Positions 26,017 through 39,154 of a DNA stretch of 64,000 nucleotides are shown here, one piece after another. Made by a program: the position numbers and the translations under genes. Under the pieces are notes generated by a model, which made no database searches, was not told where the DNA came from, and was given only the letters and a program-made list of their open reading frames with translations. Within the stretch, counting starts at the first letter, position 1. Every line of letters starts with the position of its first letter. This stretch comes from the human T2T-CHM13v2.0 reference genome, Homo sapiens, in assembly GCF_009914755.1 (NCBI RefSeq), contig NC_060938.1. One strand, written 5' to 3'.

Positions 26017-26924
26017 GTTTATTACAGGAACTTCTGAGAAGACCTTTCAACTCTTAAACAGAAAACATCAACAGATATCCCAAGATGTCCCTTCCCTCAA
26101 CATCCTCATCTTGCTGTGTCCACCAAACATTATCCTCATCTAATCTTCTTTTACCTTTCCTCCCCATTGAAAGACAGGCTTTATGCCAAATTTCACAGCA
26201 AGGTCTCAACAAATCAGACTTTACTTTCCCCTGCAAGATGCTATCAGACTCTGTAAGTTGTAGATAACTGATAGCAATGCAAGATAACTTGTCTACAGAT
26301 ATACAAATAAATTCCATCAGGTGGATATTTACTTAATTTCTCAAATGTGAAGGAAGCCAGTTTTGCCTCCATTTGAAAATTTCAATATTCCTGATGTCTC
26401 TATGTCTGTTTTTTACATTTTCCTTTGAACTAATTGTACCTTCTACCTGGTTCCTGCATTAGTAATAAGTTAAATAAGTTCTTTAATGTGTGTGTTTTTT
26501 ATCTTTATGAGTCATGATTTTACCCTTTTAAAAAATCATTCTTCAACATCAATTTAGCTTTTCATTTTGGAGGGATGACCTATTAACCAAGGACAGGAAG
26601 CTGAAGTTGGCAAGAAGAGAGGGAAACTGGGGCATTCTCTTAGGCAGTAAGCCTATTTCCTTCCCTGTTTCTCTGTTGAATAAGGACATGAAGAGATTGA
26701 GGACAAATGAGGGAAATCTAACCATCTACCTCTGGGAGTCTATGAAGATGTGGACCCCTGAGTCCACACCCAGGAGTCAGGCAGCATAGGAGTGCAGCTG
26801 CTTTGGAAAAACATGTGTTACACACTCTTAAAATTCTTTTTATGCTTGGAGTGATGGCATTGAGTCCCTCTGACACCTTTACATCTGGAGTCCCTCCTTT
26901 GGTTAATTCACTGCACCCTTGCAG

Positions 26925-27090
26925 CTTGTATGCTCTTCTTTAGTGCTTATCATCCCATATTATGATGTTTCTATTACTCTGTCTTGCATCATATTGTAAA
27001 CTACATGAGAGCAGGGTGCGTCTTGTTCATTAGTATGCTAGTGCCTGGCACACAGCAGTCATTCAGTATGTTTTGTTAATGAAGGAATAG
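26925..27090 (+). mobile_element. L2 3' end
   Basis: 'tgtaaactacatgagagcaggg..tagtgcctggcacacagcag..ttgttaatgaagga'. Confidence 0.75.
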
Positions 27091-27698
27091 GTTAATATAT
27101 CTTACTAAGTAATTTGAAAAGTTATCTTTTCCTTTTATGAACAGGTCATAGGACAATTTCCCAAGTGTATTTGGGGCTAGATTTTTCCTTTATCTAGAGG
27201 CAACACAAAGTGAAGTCCTTGCATAGCAGTTCCCGGGGATCCCCTATGAAGGATCATCCTGGCGGCCACAGTTCTCAGGCTTTCTGGCTCTTCAGTCCCA
27301 AGGTAGCAAGTCTTTGTCTAAAGCACAAGGATGTGTATGATACCATGTATTAAAAGATTTTCCACTAGGTCTGAGGATGAAGAATATTCTGGCAGGTGCT
27401 CTTTGTCTTCTCAGAATTCTCTCAGACCCTTGGATTAGATAGAGGGCAACAATAGCCACAAAAAAATTGGAGTCTCCTGAGAAACCTATATGACTTCTGA
27501 GAGAGAAAGGCCCTGGAAGAAAGCTGAAGAAGAACTTTTGGAGAAACAGGAAAGTGATGATAAACCTGGAGAATGGGAGTTTTATTCACCTTATTTTTAC
27601 ATGATCTGAGGACCTGGTAGAGGCCTGATATGAGGCGAGAGTAGGCGCTTGGGTCCCCTGCTTTCTTCTCACTTTGGAAGAAATGGTCCCTACTTTTG

Positions 27699-27996
27699 TT
27701 TTTTCTTTTTTTTTGAGACAGAGTCTCACTCTGTTGCCTAGGCTGGAGTGCAGTGGCACGATCTTGGCTCGCTGCAACCTTGGCCTCCTGGGTTCAAGTG
27801 ATTCTCATGTGTCAGCCTCCTGAGTAGCTGGGATTACAGGCATGTACCACCATGCCCAGCTAATTTTTGTATTTTTAATAGAGACAGGGTTTCACCATGT
27901 TGGCCAGGCTGGTCTCGAACTCCTGACCTCAGGTAATCCACCTGCCTCAGCCTCCCAAAGTACTGGGACTACAGGCATGAGCCACCGTGCCCAGCC
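27699..27996 (-). mobile_element. Alu (AluSx/Sz-like)
   Basis: full dimer; TSD core ctacttttg 27690-27698 / 28002-28010. Confidence 0.97.
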
Positions 27997-28515
27997 AGGC
28001 TCTACTTTTGAATGACCTATGGATACAGAGTCCAGGAGGTGGAACAGAGAGTTCAGAACATTTGCCAACATCACTAGCATGCACAAACTGAATGAAAATG
28101 ATTTGGAAAAATTGGTATTGTAAATCGTTCATTGCCATATTTAGGAGCTGGACTTATCCTTATGCCATCTCCAGTTTTCTTCTTTGGGGAAAATTTCTTA
28201 AAGGGACAGCAGATTGAGTTGTTGGCATTGAGGCTTGTCATATGAAAAGGAAAAAGGAAATCAGGGTCCCATTTCTCTCTTTATTATTGTGCTCCCATTT
28301 GAGGCATTTAAAAATTTTGCTTATTGAAGAGGGCTTTCATCTATGCCTGCAGAAAATTACAGGGCTAAGTTACTTTATAATTCTACTGTGCTATCTTTTC
28401 CTTTCCTCTGTTTCAAAATGGTTTGCTCAGAAGAAAGAGGAATATTTCTGCATTTGTCACAGCATACAGAAGAATTTCTGAAGCTCTAAGAAAACCCTGA
28501 CCCGGGCCACTTCTA

Positions 28516-29772
28516 TTTTATTTTTATTTTTTTAAGTGTTATTTTATTTTCAATTGATAGATAATAATTGCATATATTTTATGAGATTCAATATGATTTT
28601 TGATACATGTATACATTGTGGAATGATTAAATTAGGGTAATTAACGTATCCATCTCTTAAAATATTTATCACTTCTTTGTGGTGAAAATATTTGAAATAC
28701 TCTCTTTTAGTTATTATTATTATTATTATTTGAAACAGGGTCTCACTCTGTCACCCAGGGTGGAGTGCAGTGGTGCAATCATGGTTCACTGCAGCCTTGA
28801 ACTCCTGGGTTCAAGTGACCCTCCCACCTCAGCCTCCCAAGTTGCTAGGATTATAGGTGCGTGCCACCAGACCCAGCTATTTCAAAATTTTTTTGTAGAG
28901 AGAGGGTCTCACTGTGTTGCCCAGGCTGTTCTCAAACTCCTGGGCTCAAGCAATCCTCCTGCCTTAGCCTCCCAAAATACTGGGATTACAGGCATTAGCC
29001 ATCATGCCTGGCTGTTCTTTAGCTATTTTGAGATATAAATTATTATTAACTTTAGTTATCATGTTGTGTAAGAGATCACCAAAACTTATTCTTCCTAATG
29101 GAAACTTTATACCCTTTAAGCAATAATCTCCCCTTGCCTCATCTACCCCTGCCCCAGCCTCTATTAACCATTCTTTTGTCTACTTCTATGGGTTTGACTC
29201 TTTTAGATTCCACATTTAAGTGAGATCATGTGGTATTTGTTTCTCTGTGCCTGGCTCATTTTGTTTAGCATAATGTCCTCCTCTAAGTTCATTCATGTTG
29301 TTGCAAATGACAGAATTTCCTGCTTTTTAAAAATGGAGAAATATTTCATCATGTATAAGTACCACTTTAAAAAATCTATTTATCCATTGATGGACACTTT
29401 AGTTGTTTCTATTTCTTGGCTATTGTGAATAACACTGCAGTGAATGTGAGTACAAACATCTCTTTGACGTGCTAATTTTAATTTCTTTGAATATGTACTC
29501 AAAAGTGGGATTGCTAGATCATACGGTAATTCTATTTGTAGTTTTTTGAGGAACCTCCATTCCTTTTTCCATAATAGCTGTGCTAATTTACAATCCCACC
29601 AACAGTACACAAGAGTTCCTTTTTCTCCACATCCTCGCCCATACTTGTTATCTTTTATCTTTTTGATAGTAGCCAATCCAACAGGTGTGAGGTGAAATCT
29701 TACTGTGGTTTTACTTTGCATTTCTCTGATGATTAGAAGTGTTGGGCATTTTTTCATATATCTGTTTGGCCA
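28516..29772 (-). mobile_element. L1MA-class 3' portion interrupted by AluJ
   Basis: antisense 3' UTR 'tacatgtatacattgtggaatgattaaa'; ORF2 C-term remnant ([30 protein letters not shown]). Confidence 0.9.
28716..29013 (-). mobile_element. Alu (AluJ) with (tta)n tail
   Basis: J-type 'actcctgggctcaagcaatcctcc'; degenerate TSD tcttttagttatt / tctttagctatt. Confidence 0.95.
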
Positions 29773-29950
29773 ACTTTTAGAAATAGTAGAAATGGTGCAT
29801 GGAAGACCACAGGGAACTGCCAAATTATTTAAATCGGATAACTTGGCAGTGTAAAATCTCCAAGAAGTGTCCCTTCCTTGGTTTTGGTGTCTGCTTCTTC
29901 CTACACCTCTACATTTTGAGAAAGAGTCAGAATATGGAAACGAGAGTACC

Positions 29951-30385
29951 TGTATCAATGAGGAAAACACTGAGCTGCTAGTAAAAGGAAATCTAACAAA
30001 AATGGTCTAAATAAATAGGAATCGTTTTTCTCTCAAACAAGATGTCTCAAGATAGGCCATTGCCAGTCTTTGTTCAGAGGTTAAATGATAGAAGGGCTGA
30101 GGCCCTAGGGACCTTGGCATTTCTCTCAGGGTTGCCACATGACTGCTGGAGCTCCAGCTATCATGTCTTAATTCAAGGAAAAAAGAAGGCAGAAGGAACA
30201 AAAGAGTAGTACTTTTATATTGGGAAGAACAAAAACCTGCCTGGAGGCCCCAGCAGGCATCATTGGCAAGATGGTGTCATTTGGCCATTCCTAAAAACAG
30301 GGGAGACTGGGAAAACAAGAATTTTGCCTTCCCCACCTTGTAGGAGAACTTGTCAAAAATGGAGCTGGGAATGTGCCCTGTCTCC
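29951..30385 (-). mobile_element. MaLR solo LTR (MLT1J/K-like)
   Basis: 'gttgccacatgactgctggagctccagctatcatgtc..tcattggcaaga..ggagactgggaaa'. Confidence 0.7.
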
Positions 30386-31631
30386 AACCACCTTCAGTCT
30401 CCACTCACCTTCAGTCTCCACCAAGGTCCACAACCTTGGGTCTGAGACATCCTCTGCTGACCATCGGCTATGGGACATTGTTCTCCTTGCCAGTTCACTT
30501 TAGTCAGCACAAACAGCTCGGTTTTTAGACCCTGTGCATTTTCTCCAATAGACTTAACCTTTTGCAAAATGAGAGAAGTGCCCAGTTATGTAGGGGACAG
30601 GAGTGTGCAAAGAAGGCTGAGCAAGAAAAAGCTTTGGAGGAGGATGCCATCAGAGTGCCATCAGACTTGGGACTACATCAGCTAAAATACATTATTGTCA
30701 CTCCCAAACTGCTGGAAGCCAGTCCTTCCAGCAAGCTCAGAAGCTTATAGGTTTAGGGGCACAGAGGGAAAGGCCATTTCCCAAGTATTCATCAGTGGAG
30801 AAATTGGGCTTCTCTTAGCATCATCTGGACTTGGAGCCTTCAGAGCAAATTGCTTACTCCTTCAGTACTTTGTTGTAGAGCCCATTAGAGTGTAGTGGAA
30901 AAAGAACTCCACAAGAGCACACCAGGAGTGTGAGAAGGGCCAGATAGTGATTAATCTGTGTGTGAAGTGGCTGCCTTTCCATCAGAAAGACTTTGCTGGA
31001 GTATGCAGAGTGAGCTGGACAAGCCAGTCATTTTCTCAAACTGGGAGGCACTCTGGGGCTCTCTCTGCACCCATCCATCTGTAACTCTGTAACCCAATGA
31101 TTTCCTCAGCACCAGTGGCTCCTGCACCCTGATAGTTAAAATTGTCCATCACCATAGCAACCTCAAGAATGGCTTCAAATGGGATCTGTGATCCTTGAGG
31201 ATGCAGGTGTGCTTTTCTTTCTTTCTTTTTTCCTCTGTAAGTCAGGGCAAAGCAGTGGTGGAAGGATGATAAAAGAGAGGGCTTGAATCAGCAGTGGAAG
31301 TTGTCCACTCCAACAAGAAATGGCACATGCCTCGAGGCAGAGGATGAACAGATGGCATGTAACTTGGACTATCAGCCTGTTGAGGCAGCTGCCCTCACGC
31401 AGGTCCTCAGATCCTCATACAGGGAAAAGGGGATTTGCATTATGGCTCCAGGAAGTAAGAGAAATGGGATTGCTCTCCTAGGTAGAATTTTGATACATAA
31501 ACAAGAAAATAAGGAGAATGTTTTTCTGTTATTGCTCTCTCTTGTGCTTACTCATTTTTCAGAAGCAGTCAGTTTATGTGGAAAGATTTGACAATTCAAT
31601 AAATTCAGCAAACTTTTATGGAGTGTCTCTC

Positions 31632-31950
31632 TTTATTTTTATTTTATTGTTTATATCCCACCTTTTCCAACAGGAATTTCAGGCAGCTTACAACCAAGGA
31701 CATAAAAGACAAGAGCAATAAAATAGAAGATCAGGACCAAGGAGAGAAAAAAGAAAATATTCTAAACACAAGAGTTAACATAGTGGCAACTGAAGATTAA
31801 AACTTAACTTTGAGAATCTTGCACACAGGGAAAAAATATATATATTCTCATCAGTTTCCCTTGGAGAAAACATTTTTTTCTCTTACTAAATGCTGAAAGA
31901 CTGTTCTCTTGAGGGATTTGGCTTTAGCTGACTTTGAATGACATATCCTT
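31632..31950 (-). mobile_element. L4 (RTE-X) LINE 3' end
   Basis: 'tttatatcccacc..ggaatttcaggcagcttacaa' is the reverse complement of the recalled L4 terminus ttgtaagccgcctcaaatcc..gggatataaa. Confidence 0.55.
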
Positions 31951-31982
31951 CCTCCTCCTCCTCCCCTTCTTCATTGTCCTCA

Positions 31983-32162
31983 TCACTGACATTTATTGAG
32001 TGCTATTTATTGAGATGTATTTGTTGACATTAATTGAATGTGCTAGACACTGTTCTAAGCACTGTAGATATACTCATTTCATTGAATCCTTGAACTACTC
32101 CTCTGAGGTGGGTGTCATTATTATCCTCATTGTGTAGATGGAAAAATTAAAACATAGTGGAG
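31983..32162 (-). mobile_element. MIR
   Basis: 'agacactgttctaagcact..attattatcctcattgtgtagatggaaaaatt'. Confidence 0.8.
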
Positions 32163-33682
32163 TCTTCCAGTCTTCTATGTGGTAGACTTGGTTCCTGGGC
32201 TTCGCTTCTTCCAAGAAGGCATGTTCTTTTGCTGAGCCTAACAGTGTGGGTGTCCTTAAGGACCAGGACTGACTTGTCTCAGGAATCGTCTAGGCCATTC
32301 CCATGCCCCAGGAGAGCCCATGGGCTGTCTTAGGCAGAGGAACAGGGGGCTTTTCCTCAGTCAAGGTGACCTTGACTTCAGCTTGATCGACATATAGACC
32401 ATCAACCTCTTCAGCTGTTTCCCTATCTCTTGGACCAGTTTTTTGGTCTTCACAAAGCTGGACCTTGTAAATACCTAATATTCTACCATCCTAAAGGGGT
32501 TCAGAAAGGAGATCAATGAACATCGGTCTTCCACATATGCCCTGTGAAACTGTTGAGGCTGAGAAATGCCCTGGCCATTTTCAGGATCTAATGGGCAGAA
32601 CATGCATGACCTGGACATTCTATTCCTCAGTTGCCTGAAAAACAGTGACCCATACTGTGAGCTGACATTTTCTGATTTAATTTCAAATAGTGCCACCCCT
32701 GGGCCAGCATGAAGATTTGCATTTTTGAAGCCAAATGGTGAGACTCTGGTCTGAGAACTCTCTAACCAAGATATCCACCTGATTCCAAAGCATTCGGAGG
32801 CCCTGAGAAAAGCAATTCCCAGAATCCACTGATGCTTAGCAATGCTTCAACTCCACCTTTGGGTTTCATATCCCCAGTGTCAAAGCTTCTCCTCAAAAGG
32901 GTCCCTTTGGCCCTCATTCTGGCAGAGCCCCCTTGATGGTAAGTGGGTCAGATCAGGCGTTATTCTTGAGTCCTTCAGGATGGATGCATAATCTGGGCTG
33001 ATATTGCTTAGTGAGTAGGAGGAGGGTTGAAGTCTGGGTCCCTCTTAGCAGAGGAGATTTAAAAAATCTTGGATCTATCATAAAATCAATTTTCTTTTTC
33101 CCTTTCTGGCTTTATATTTGATTTCAGGTTTCCTTTAGTTTTTTCCCCCCATTTAAACTCATTTTACACATTTCTTTCTGCTTTTTACTTGAGGCCTTTA
33201 CCTCTGATTATAGTCCTCCACCAGAATGTTTGCTTAAGCCAAAGTGCCAGCTCAGTTATGGCTTATTCAAAATACCAACCATGGTGCCCAGGGCTGTTTA
33301 GTGTCCCCCAGTGGACACAGTATACTCTAGAACACAAATATTAGGGCACCAGTAAAAAGCTGGAGTGGTCTGAGCAACGACTTCTACCCTGTTTCTCTCT
33401 CTCACTTTTACACGATTAGAGTCTTCTCCATAGGTCTATGGTTGTGTCTTTCAAAGAATTCAGCAGCCTGTCTCTCTAACTCTACTGAATGGCTCCTTCT
33501 TCTAACTTAATAGTCATCTTTATCTTTCATCTCCTACCTTTCCTGGGTGAAATATTCCCTTTTCCAATGGTGGAAGCGAAGCATAGCTGATGATCTTTCC
33601 CTCTAGAGTCTCCCTGCCCCCACTCTCCAGCCCTGTCATGGTTCACATGGGCATGTTTGAAATTTATAACATTCCTCTTCAT

Positions 33683-33930
33683 GATAATTATTACTGTTTC
33701 TCAAGCGCTTATTTATGTAGCAGGTATGGAACTAAGATACTCATATAAATTACTTAAGCCTCCACTTTATAGAGTAGAGGGTGATCATTGCCATTTTACA
33801 TATGAAAAACCAAGGTTCAGAAAGGCCACATTACCACCCAGCATCTCATAACTAACAAGTGGCAGAATTGGGATTTGATCCCAGGAAGCTGGACTGACTC
33901 CAAAGCCTGGATTCACACCGCTACACTAAG
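33683..33930 (-). mobile_element. MIR
   Basis: 'ccattttacatatgaaaaaccaagg..aagtggcagaattgggatttgatcccagg..tgactccaaagcc'. Confidence 0.85.
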
Positions 33931-36927
33931 CCACCTTCACCTCACACCATTCATTATACAACTGTGATGCAAAGTTTCAACAAAAGGCACACAGAAGCTA
34001 TTTTCCACATACCACTACACGTTGCTTACACACACCAAAAAGGAAATTTTAAAAATCAACATTTAACTCAATTTAATGATAAGTATTAGGTTGTATTTAT
34101 ATATGTTGCCTTTTGACTGTTTATGAATGGATAGCTGCTCCAGAACATAAATCTCTTAAGACTCAACATGAAAAAAATCCTTGTTAAATATTTTGTTAAA
34201 AGTCATTTTGTTTTGCTGCCAAATCAACAGAAAATAATTAAATTCCTTTCTATTTTATGATGTAATTTACATAAGCAGTCATGCTCTTCCTATCTGTAAA
34301 TGTCAAGTGTCCTAGTTTGGGCCCCCTATGGTAACCTGTGTCAGTGTAATTATGATTTCAGTGTTGTGAGCCAAGGCTAGGTGGTGACTTGGCAGTTCAG
34401 TCTACACATGGAAGTCTGTGACTAATTCTTGGAAACTGACTGTGTGGACCTGGACTGGGAAAAGGTCCTGTCAGCCCCAAGAATCCTGAGAAAATTAAAA
34501 GCCACGAAGATTCCCAGGCCAGCAGCTTGCATTGACTGCTCAAACTACTGCCTGCCCTGCAACAGCTGCTCTGAGAACATCACTGTCCACAGTGCTGCAT
34601 ACAACACAACTCTGGAAAAGACCAAGGGCCACACTCATTCTACTCCTGACTCTCAAATGTGACCTTGGGCTATCTTCTATCTGTGTCTTGGTTTTTCCAT
34701 TTTTATAAGCAATTCTCCTGTATCAGGAAATGGCCATTTTGTAAAAGGCCTTGCATTCCTTGGGGGAGGGAAGTCTTCGAATAAACTATTGCATCCATGT
34801 CTATGTTCCTCTTTGGTTAGACACAATTGCTAATGTATATCAATGGGGTGTGTGGGGCAGGTGGGGTAGTGGGTGGGGGGAGTGGAGCAAGGGGAGTCTT
34901 CTCCATGAGGCACAAGGACAGAGAGCATAAAGTTTCTGTTTCCTCCTGCGGCAGTACTTTTAGTACAGCCAAATGGTCTGTCTTTGGGCTTTGCAAGGGG
35001 GCCCTGGGTCAGCCACACAGAACTGCAGGTGGCTTTTATGGCCTTCATCGACTATGTTAAAGTTAGCCATATTAATCAACACCTCATTGGTGTGTAGTGG
35101 GAGCTAGGCATTTTTAAATGTTCTGAAAATTTCACCCACCAGCTGATGATGGCTTGGCTGCTGTGGTCACACAGGTCACCATAAACACAGAATCTAGTAG
35201 CAGGACACTCGTAGGAGTTTAGCTACTGTTGGCTGCTGGGGGACCCATGGAGCATCCTAGAAGTTCTTGAATCACAAGGAAGAAAGAAAATGTTATGGCT
35301 TGGAAAGAAGACAAGGCAACCACTCTAAACCTGCTGCTTCCTATTAGGAAGGAAATGATTGGGGAGCCACAGGGAAGCTCCAGTGCCAATGGCCATAAAC
35401 CGTGAGGGTTCAGCAGGAAAAGAAACAATTTTATGATCTCCAGCCCCAGGAGGGATTGGGGGAACAATGAAGGAAAGAAAATGAAAGAAACCTAAAACCA
35501 GAAGGAAAATTGGAAAAGGAAAGTTCCCTGGGTAATTCATTAAAGAGAGGAATTAATTTCAGGTCTTCTCTGATGAAATGAGGCAATTACTCTGGGCCCC
35601 ATCCATTCCACATGTAATTCAGGAATGTGAGTCCATTCTGATGAGTTTCTGGGCCAAGGGCCCCATAGCCATGCCCTTCAGCTGTAGAGAGGTGCTGGGA
35701 CTGAAGAGGAACTCACAGGGACAGGACAGCTTCTGAAAAGCCACAAGGGGATCTGGACAGAGGACACTGGAGACCTCCAAGACTTGGTGGGGTTGCCTGC
35801 AATCCAACCTCAGCTCAATTCTCTGACTTTGCAGATGATTACCCAGAAACTTGTGGGTCACAGAGAGGAAACATTGGCTAATCAAACATGGAATTCAGAC
35901 TCCAAGAAGCAGCGAAGGAAAGCAAGCTGGAGTCCAACTGGGACAGGTGTCATTACTTAGACTGCTTCTTTATTTTGCATGCTGTGAGGACCAGAGACTA
36001 ATTCATCTTTGTAGTCAAAAGATTTTATAAAACCCTTTCTGAGGTATTTTTTGGTACCTGGACACTTTTGGCCGCTATGCTACTGAGAACCTCTTTTGAT
36101 AGTAGAGGGGGTTTCTACTTTCTCTTCTGTTTCTCTTGAAGGTGCTGGGATATGCCCAGCATGTGGAGGAGAGCAGGGCAAGAGTGTTCCAAAGCCTGGG
36201 TGTGTTCACATTAGAATGCAGGAAAAGATCACTTGGTTTAGTGTTTCTTCCCAAGAGAGCAATCCATGATGCTTTCTTAGCTCAAAGACAAGTTACAATG
36301 AGTTTAAGTGACTTACAATATATTAAAGTATGTGTGAGAATGTTTAAGCACATCAGTATATCCTAAGGCCACACGGCATAAAACAAAACCAAGATGTCTA
36401 ATAAGATACAATTAAGGCAATAGAAAAAGAATGGTTATTACAGAGTAGATAAAAGAATATTTGAATAATCTGAACCTATGTAAACAAATAAATCATCTTG
36501 CATCCTTGGGTGATAATAAAATCAGACAAACCATGGGATTGGAGAACTTCTACGGTTGCAGAGGACTAAAGGGGGAAAATAGCTAGCTTGGCTTTGATCT
36601 TCAGTAAGTGCTATTAGTGATGCCTAAAAATCATAACTGAAGAACTCTACTACCGGCAGTTGGATAAATCAAGTAAATCCAGGGCAATGGGAAAAAAGCC
36701 TGGTATGAATTTTTAAAGGACAGTTCATATACCTTGCATAATATGGGGGGTCTGAGAAGCCAGCCTGCAGAGCCTAAAGATGTTATGTTGGCATGCTAGG
36801 GTGGGTGGTGCAAGATTGGAATGGCTCCCTCATGGCAACACAGGGAGAAATTTCTGACCCTATCCCTCACATGTTACTAGGTTCAGAAGGTATTTATTCA
36901 CGGACGTGTTCATCCCGTGAATAAATA

Positions 36928-37520
36928 AAAAGTTGGTATATATGATCTATCAGGCTTTGCACTGGACACAGGGGGCATCAGGGTAAACAAGAGCAACAAG
37001 GTCGTTACTGTCAAGAGGCTGATGTTCTGTGGAGGCGAGGTAGATGGAAGGTAAACAAGTAAGCCCGGAGACAGATGAGATAAAATCAGAGGGTGATCAC
37101 TGCTTGGAAGAAGGAAAATTATGTGATGGGACTGAGAATGATGGGAGGTGGGGATAAGGGCGGCTGTTGGATAAGGAGGTCAGGGAAGGTCTCTCTCGGG
37201 AGGTGAGTGGCATTTGAGCAGAGCTCTAAATAGATCTAAGGATTTGGTCATGTGGAAATCTTGGGGGAAGACTTTTTATGGGCAGCAGGAATGACACATG
37301 CAAAAGTCCTGAGAAGGACGCAAGCCTGCCATGCTTAAGGAGCAGAAAGCAAGCCAGCATGTCAGCAGGGGTGAGAGGCCTGGGGAGGGTCTGAGGACCA
37401 GGCAGGGGCTGGATCTGGGTGGGACTTGTAAACAAAGCTCACACATGTGGATCTTACTCTAGGTGTCATGGGAAATCAGCGAAAATGGGGAAGGATGTGA
37501 TCTGGCTTACATTGAAAGTC
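36928..37520 (-). mobile_element. L2a
   Basis: 'ggtcagggaaggtctctct..catttgagcagag..caggaatgacacatgcaaaagtcctgag'. Confidence 0.8.
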
Positions 37521-37850
37521 TAGGCAGCAAACTTACATCTAGTGCTTATAGAGACCTTTTCAGCAGAAGAAAAGAATCTAGAACAGGATGCGATGGCCTT
37601 GGACATGAGTCAGGCTGCCTCTCAGGCCTCTTTCCCAGGCCTCCTCCTCTATCCACATGGCCACAAGGGTAGGCTCCCCACCCAGGCTGGCCAGAAGATG
37701 CTTCTCCAGCAACTTGCAGTCACCAAGAAGAGGTTCAGCCACAGCCCAGGTAGCTCTCTTGAAGAGAGGATTTGGGAAAACTCTGGAGTAGTCAGCAGCT
37801 GTGTCTTCTACCTTGTGGACAGAATAGCAGGAGAAGCCACACAGGGAGAC

Positions 37851-38015
37851 TAATACTAAAAGCTAGCACTCTCATACTGTCTTCCTCTATGCCATGCTAC
37901 ACACTTTATATGTAATAACTCATTTACCCTCCCAGCAACTCTATTCTCATCCCCATTCACAGATAAGGAAACTGAGGTACAAAAAGGTTGATTTGCCCCA
38001 AATCACACAGGTAAG
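37851..38015 (-). mobile_element. MIR
   Basis: 'catccccattcacagataaggaaactgagg'. Confidence 0.8.
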
Positions 38016-38165
38016 GAGGATTTATGTCCTGTTAGGCTGAAGAGCAAAGTGGATGTGCAGAGAGACAACATAGAGAAGGAGGCTTCCTGAATTCCCCACA
38101 GCCATCCAGATACTGGTTTTCAAGCCTTCTTGGAATTCCTGCTTTTGTTCCTCCATTTTACTCAC

Positions 38166-38553
38166 TGTCTCAGTCCATTCAGGCTGCTGTAACAGAATAC
38201 CATAGACTGGGTGGCTTTTAAGCAATGGGAATTTATTTCTCACAGTCCTAGAGGCTGGGAAGTCCAAGATCAAGGCACCAGCAGATGTGGTATCTGTGAG
38301 GACATCCTAGTTGCCCTGAGGCATCCACCTATGAACATCCTCATTCATAGATGGCTGTCTTCTTGCTGTGTCCTCACATGGCAGAAGGAAAAACAAACTC
38401 TCTGATTTCCTAACTATATCACCAATATCACTCATGTGGGCTCCACCCTCATAATCTAATAACTCCAAAGGCCCCACTTCCAAATACCATCACCTTGGGG
38501 GTGAGGTTTCAAAATATCGATTTTGAGGGGACACAAACATTCAGTCTATAGCA
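38166..38553 (-). mobile_element. MaLR solo LTR (MLT1A/MLT1A0)
   Basis: 'ggctgctgtaacagaataccatagactgggtggctt..gaggctgggaagtccaagatcaagg..ggggacacaaacattcagtctatagca'; TSD ctcac/ctgac. Confidence 0.92.
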
Positions 38554-38634
38554 CTGACTTGCTCTTTCTGCCAATGCTGGCCTGAGTAGATTTCTGCTAT
38601 ATTCAACCAAGAGTCCTAGCTAGTGAATATCTAA

Positions 38635-38946
<312 letters not shown>

Positions 38947-39154
38947 TAGTCATTTGTTTCTGTAAGAAAATAGAGTCTCTTCAGTGAGTGTTTAAAAAAA
39001 AAAAAGGGACAATTCCCTCTCTTCTGCAGACAATTATAATGACAGCATTATTAATCACCCACAACTTTATCGGGTTCTTACTCTACACCAGGCACTGTTC
39101 TAAGCCCACTCCATGTACTAAATTATTCAATCCTCACAAACACCCTATGAAGTA

